A DNA stretch of 26,003 nucleotides from Macrostomum lignano (Eukaryota), in assembly GCA_002269645.1 (NCBI GenBank), contig NIVC01001777.1:1-26003 (forward strand), written 5' to 3'. This document shows, piece by piece, positions 21,121 to 26,003 of this stretch; the stretch's first letter is position 1; every line of letters starts with the position of its first letter. The notes below the pieces were generated by a model. That model ran no database searches, was not told the origin of the DNA, and worked only from the letters and a program-made list of their open reading frames with translations. Made by a program: the position numbers and the translations under genes.

Positions 21121-21357
21121 TTTTCCTTCTGTCCTACCCTCCGTCTTCTCCACTCTATATCCCTTTCCTCTCTAGCCTTAAACCTCCTTCCCGTGCCCTC
21201 TTTCTCACCCTGTTTCCCCTCTTTCTTACCCTCTGTCTCTACCCTTTTTACTCTCTCTATCTCTCTGAAGAATTAAATTTCTTCAATAAACATTTAACTA
21301 ATAAGCGACTGAAGGATTTATACTATTATATAAAAGATAAAAACTCATCAATTGCAG

Positions 21358-21739
21358 GCTTGAGTATTCGCAACATTCGAGCCTTCCACGTACTAGAAGA
21401 AGTATTTACCAAAGCTAGAACTTCGAAATTGTGCACCAGCGTATTAACTGCCATATTCAACATCTATAAGCAGGATCATGCCAACTTTTTTATATTGGAT
21501 TCTCAGCGCACTCTGTCGCATCTGATCGAACGCTTGTACGTACGCGAACCCAGCGTGCAACGTCAGTGTCTGGAGATTCTAGAATTTGTTGTGTTCCAAT
21601 TGCGCTACGTACCCATGAACGAACTGTCTAGCATTACTAAATTAATTAAGACTTGCAATTCGGCCAGATGTAAAATTATCGCATTGCAATCGTTACTGAA
21701 GATTGCTAAATGCCACGAAGTGTTGAAAGATGCCTATAG
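21358..21739 (+). CDS. WDFY3: WDFY3 exon 4
   Basis: SIRNIRAFHVL..ANFFILDSQRTLS..LEFVVFQLRYVP..EL. Acceptor GCAG|, donor AG|GTGAGT. Confidence 0.95.
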
Positions 21740-21759
21740 GTGAGTGATAACCTCTAATG

Positions 21760-22235
21760 AGTTTATAAGTTTATTGAGTCTGGCTGTATTTTTATTCAGT
21801 CTTTATTAAGTCTAGCTATAGTGTTTATAGAGTCTAGATATAGTTTTATTGAATCTAGCTATGGGTTTATAGAGTCTAGCTATTGTGTTTATTAAGCCTA
21901 GCTATAGTGTTTATTAAGCCTAGCTATAGTGTTTATTGAGTCTTGATATAGATTTATTGAGTCTAGATACAGTGTTTATTGAGTCTAGATATAGTGTTTA
22001 TTGAATCTAGCTATGGGTTTATTGAGTCTAGCTATAGTGTTTATTGAATCTAGCTATAGTGTTTATTGAATCTAGCTATAGTGTTTATTGAATCTAGCTA
22101 TAGTGTTTATTGAGTCTAGCTATAGTGTTTATTGAGTCCAGCTATAGGTTTATCAAGTGCAGCTACATGTGTATTGACTGTAGCTATAGGTTTATCGAGT
22201 CTAGCTAATAGGTTTACTGAGTCCAGCTACATGAA
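21760..22235. repeat. 22-bp minisatellite (TCTAGCTATAGTGTTTATTGAG), WDFY3 intron 4
   Basis: Directly visible, degenerate at both ends. Confidence 0.9.
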
Positions 22236-22297
22236 AATAAGATTTACGAATTCAGAGACTGGAATGTACTAACCCCAACTCTATCTCTCTTGTACAG

Positions 22298-22713
22298 AGA
22301 GGTCGGCCTTCTCGATCTCCTAGTGGCCTGCCTGCACGCCTACGCGCATCAGTTGAAAGAGTCCAGCGAATTATTAGTCCAACATCAGCCAACAGCCAGC
22401 AGGGCCTGCACTAATATGCTAGCCGAACAACGCGAATTAGGCGCTTTAGTTATGCAATTATTAGCCTTCTGCTCTAACTACTAGCGTTAAAAATGCGTCC
22501 GTATTTTCGCGACGCCGGCGGCGCCCGCTGCGCTCACAACATGGTGCCGCACGACGAGTGCAGGACAGATATACTGGGCGTTGTACAGCAGCTAGTGCTG
22601 AGTACAGCTAGCGAAGACGATATGGGCTGCCTATTGGGCCTGATGCACACGGCCCGCCTACTGCTATTAGATTGAAAACCGAAGTGCTGGCTACTATATC
22701 GGCTGTGCTGCAG
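22298..22713 (+). CDS. WDFY3: WDFY3 exon 5 (three frame changes in this sequence)
   Basis: REVGLLDLLV..LVMQLL / TTSVKNASVF / RDAGGARCAHN..QQLVLS..DDMGCLLGLMH / LKTEVL follows WDFY3 across shifts near 22470, 22505 and 22654. Confidence 0.88.
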
Positions 22714-22871
22714 GTTAGTAGCTATAATTATGTTTATAAATATTGGCTGTGTTTTCAGTTGTTATTTTTATCTAGTTCTTGGGCACAATCAAGCAGTGTA
22801 TACGGCAGCCCTAGCTTGTCATTGTCAGAGAAGTGTACGCGTACTGTAGGGCCATTGTATCGGTTTCGATG

Positions 22872-23790
22872 ATATAGTACAGTTTAGAGCTTATAGTGAA
22901 TTTTTGAGCTTATAGTGAAGTTTCGAGCTTATAGTACAGTTTCCAGCTTATAGTATCGTTTCCAGTTTATAGTAGTTTCGAGCTTATAGTGAATTTTGAG
23001 CTTATAGTGCAATTTTGAGCTTATAGTGAAGTTTCGAGCTTGTAGTGAAGTTTTGAGCTTATAGTACAGTTTCCAGCTTATAGTATCGTTTCGAGCTTAT
23101 AGTACAGTTCGAGCTTATAGTACAGTTTCCAGCTTATAGTATCGTTTCGAGCTTATAGTACAGTTCGAGCTTATAGTACAGTTTCGAGCTTATAGTACAT
23201 TTTCGAGAATATAGTTAAGTTTCGAGCTCATAGTGAAGTTTTGAGCTTATAGTGAATTTTGAGCTTATAGTGAAGTTTCGAGCTTTTAGTACAGTTTCCA
23301 GCTTATAGTACATTTTCGAGAATATAGTTAAGTTTCGAGCTTATAGTGAAGTTTCGAGCTTATAGTATAGTTTCGAGCTTATAATAAAGTTTCGAGCTTA
23401 TAGTACAGTTCGAGCTTATAGTACAGTTTCGAGCTTATAGTACAGTTTCGAGCTTATAGTACAGTTCGAGCTTATAGTACAGTTCGAGCTTATAGTACAG
23501 TTTCGAGCTTATAGTACAGTTCGAGCTTATAGTACAGTTCGAGCTTATAGTACAGTTTCGAGCTTATAGTACAGTTCGAGCTTATAGTACAGTTCGAGCT
23601 TATAGTACAGTTTCGAGCTTATAGTACAGTTCGAGCTTATAGTACAGTTCGAGCTTATAGTACAGTTCGAGCTTATAGTACAGTTTCGAGCTTATAATGA
23701 AGTTTAGAGCCTATAGAACAGTTTCGAGCTTATAGTGAATTTTCGAGCTTATAGTACAGTTTAGAGCTTATAGTACAGTTTCGAGCTTTT
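22872..23790. repeat. 18/19-bp minisatellite (GAGCTTATAGTACAGTTTC), about 48 units, WDFY3 intron 5
   Basis: Directly visible, most homogeneous from about 23400 to 23690. Confidence 0.95.
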
Positions 23791-23888
23791 TAATTTTTGA
23801 GCATTTAACAATACTGGGAGCTTGTGAAATTCAGATTTTACTCGATAATCCTACAATGTCCTGTCCTCATTTATAATTGCAACCCCAG

Positions 23889-24179
23889 GCCTCGCACCGC
23901 TGCCGTTCCGCATTTCGTCGTTGCTCCGGTTTCGTCTACGTCATCTCGCTGCTGGTGTCGCTGGAAGGCTCGCTGAAAGAGCAGCCGGGACCGCCTTGGG
24001 ACACTGCAGACTCTTCAGCGGTTGTCCTATTATTAAAAACTATATTTGTCACTCTGACCGTCGCTATGAAATTTGAACCAGCCAATGCTAGATTCTTTAA
24101 ATACGAGATTCGATACGACAGTCTGACGGAGGCTGTCCGCCTTCTGGGCTGTTTTGGACCGCACGCGGACGCTCTGCCT
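23889..24179 (+). CDS. WDFY3: WDFY3 exon 6
   Basis: ASHRCRSAFRRCSGFVYVISLLV..TLTVAMKFEPANARFFKYEIRYDSLTEAVRLLGCF. Acceptor CCAG|, donor CCT|GTAAGC. Confidence 0.92.
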
Positions 24180-24299
24180 GTAAGCCAAGCTGTCTTCTAT
24201 GAGAGGCTAAATTAATAGCTAAAAGTTCATGTACCCGGGTAAAGAAATTCCCATTCATTGAGGAAAGATCCCGATTGAGAACAGATACATGTAAAAAAT

Positions 24300-24510
24300 C
24301 GGATCCCATAACTCAGATCCCATAACTCAGATCCCACATCTCAGATCCCATATCTCATATCCCATAACTCTGATCCCATTACTCAGATCCCATATCTCAG
24401 ATCCCATATCTCAGATCCCATATCTCAGATCCCATAAATCAGATCCCAAAACTCAGATCCCATAATTCAGATCTAGATTCTAACTCAGAATCCTCAGATC
24501 CCATTTATAC
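24300..24510. repeat. 14-bp minisatellite (CTCAGATCCCATAW), WDFY3 intron 6
   Basis: Directly visible, about 14 units. Confidence 0.9.
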
Positions 24511-24551
24511 TTACATCTCACAATCAAATATTATAATCCCATGTAACACAG

Positions 24552-25017
24552 GTGCCCACAGCTTCGGCCGCTGCTGGCGCGGAAGCGGGTGCCTCGTCGG
24601 GTTCCTCTTCGCAGCCGCCTACCCCGGACCCGTCGTCCAGCACCCAGGCAGCCTTCGCTTCGACCGGGTGTTCCAATCCGCCCCAGTCGACGAAGCCCTG
24701 GTAGCCGACTATTGTTCGGATTTGCCTCAGCGGCTTCGCTGCGCCAGTTTCATGCTCAAATGCCTGTTTGAATTGGGCGTCGAATCGTTGGAATTCGGCA
24801 TCGACGGCGGCCGCGGTGGCGTCGGTAGCGAGTCCGACAACGCCGTTATGGTCGCCAGTCCAGAGCACAGTCGGCACCGAAAGCACCTGCACAATTTGAC
24901 TAATCAGTCTCCGCCTCCGCCGGCCATTGTGCACCGGGAGCCGTGCTATCGTTTCTACAGTTAATACCGGCCGTGGTGATTGGGGACGAGCAGACTCAGC
25001 CTGAGCTGGATTTGCAG
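24552..25017 (+). CDS. WDFY3: WDFY3 exon 7 (two frame changes)
   Basis: LPQRLRCASFMLKCLFEL.. and, after restoring one C near 24934, IVHPGAVLSFLQLI..LDLQ|GT (cf. IIHPGAMLAMLDLL..LDLQ). Another shift is needed near 24655. Confidence 0.8.
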
Positions 25018-25039
25018 GTTTGTAGGCTGCTGATTAATT

Positions 25040-25520
25040 GTCCATTGAGACCCTTGACTCCATTGACCCATCGACCCTATTTGACCTCATTGACACCTTG
25101 ACCCGATTTGACCTCATTGACACCTTGACCTTATTTGACCTCATTGACACCTTGACCCTATTTAAACTCATTGACACCTTGACCCTATTTGACCTCATTG
25201 ACACCTTGACCCTATTTGACCTCATTGACACCTTGGCCTTATTTGACCTCATTAACACCTTGACCTTATTTGACCTCATTGACACCTTGACCCTATTTGA
25301 ACTCATTGACACCTTGACCCTATTTGAACTCATTGACACCTTGGCCTTATTTGACCTCATTAACACCTTGACCTTATTTGACCTCATTGACACCTTGACC
25401 CTATTTGAACTCATTGACACCTTGACCCTATTTGAACTCATTGACACCTTGAAACTATTTGACCTCATTGACACTTTGACCCTATTTGACCTTATTGACA
25501 CCTTGACCCTTGACTCTTGA
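25040..25520. repeat. 27-bp minisatellite (TTGACCTCATTGACACCTTGACCCTAT), about 17 units, WDFY3 intron 7
   Basis: Directly visible, with 9-aa periodic ORFs on both strands. Confidence 0.95.
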
Positions 25521-25681
25521 CCCTCTTACCTGGACTCCATGACTCCATCTAAGTATTTTAATTGGTGTCAGAGGGTAATTCTAACTGTTGTCGAAACTTA
25601 TTATTTATTATTCGGAGGGTATTGTATTCTCCTTTAACAAATCCCCAAAATCATTTCTCTCTTGTCTCTCCCCCCCTCTAG

Positions 25682-26003
25682 GTATCGGCCCTGAACCTGC
25701 TGCGCAGCCTGATGGCTCTGGCCCGCAACGTGCAGACCATGTGCAGCTTCGGCATGACCCAGCACCTGTTGCGGCACTATCGGCACTGCCTAACAGACGA
25801 GTCGCATCATCTGCAGCCCTGCATCCAGAGCTATTCGAGCGGCTCGCTTCTCACGCCCTGTCGCCGAACGATTTGCGCGAATTTCTTCGCCTAGGCGATC
25901 CGCTCTGCTGCCGGCCGCTGAACGAGATTGCGCCTTCGGACACGGCCGCTCTGTCCGAGGCCGACGTGCCGGCCGAATTGCCGGTAGTTGGCCACGGCGG
26001 CTC
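25682..26003 (+). CDS. WDFY3: WDFY3 exon 8 (runs off the window; one frame change)
   Basis: ARNVQTMC..LTDESHHLQPCIQS and, after restoring one C near 25831, LFERLASHALSPNDLREFLRLGDPL (cf. MFERLASQALEPMVLREFLRLASPL). Confidence 0.9.

Noticed and set aside
20502-21175. 282-aa ORF reading through WDFY3 exon 3 into the intron
   Set aside because: Homology ends at the donor; the rest is translation of the 25-bp repeat.
22476-22495. Alternative genetic code or stop-codon readthrough in WDFY3
   Set aside because: Homology continues in other frames, so these are frameshifts; GPS1 and LSM14 end at ordinary TGA and TAG stops.

Overview
Eukaryotic (metazoan) genomic DNA. GC-rich exons with Ala/Gly/Gln insertions and repeat-filled introns resemble a free-living flatworm such as Macrostomum; this is an unverified inference. 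Three recognisable genes lie on the + strand. (1) A complete 5-exon COP9 signalosome subunit 1 gene (GPS1/CSN1, 7482-12398, 503 aa). (2) The 5' part (8 exons) of WDFY3/ALFY/blue cheese (14289 to past the window end), with six frameshifts confined to exons 5, 7 and 8. (3) An intact, intronless LSM14/RAP55/Trailer-hitch gene (17121-18854, 577 aa) nested on the same strand inside WDFY3 intron 2, with its own candidate promoter and poly(A) signal. Nine of the 11 introns each carry their own tandem repeat. The left intergenic region holds a young non-autonomous Helitron with two internal minisatellites, inserted antisense into an older copy of the same family, amid strongly CpG-depleted DNA. Also present: three MITE families with CA...TG ends and 8-bp TSDs (one only 53 bp) and two copies of a tRNA-headed CORE-type SINE. 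Most ORFs in the supplied track are artefacts of the repeats. All alignments and counts were done by eye; protein homologies are from memory.
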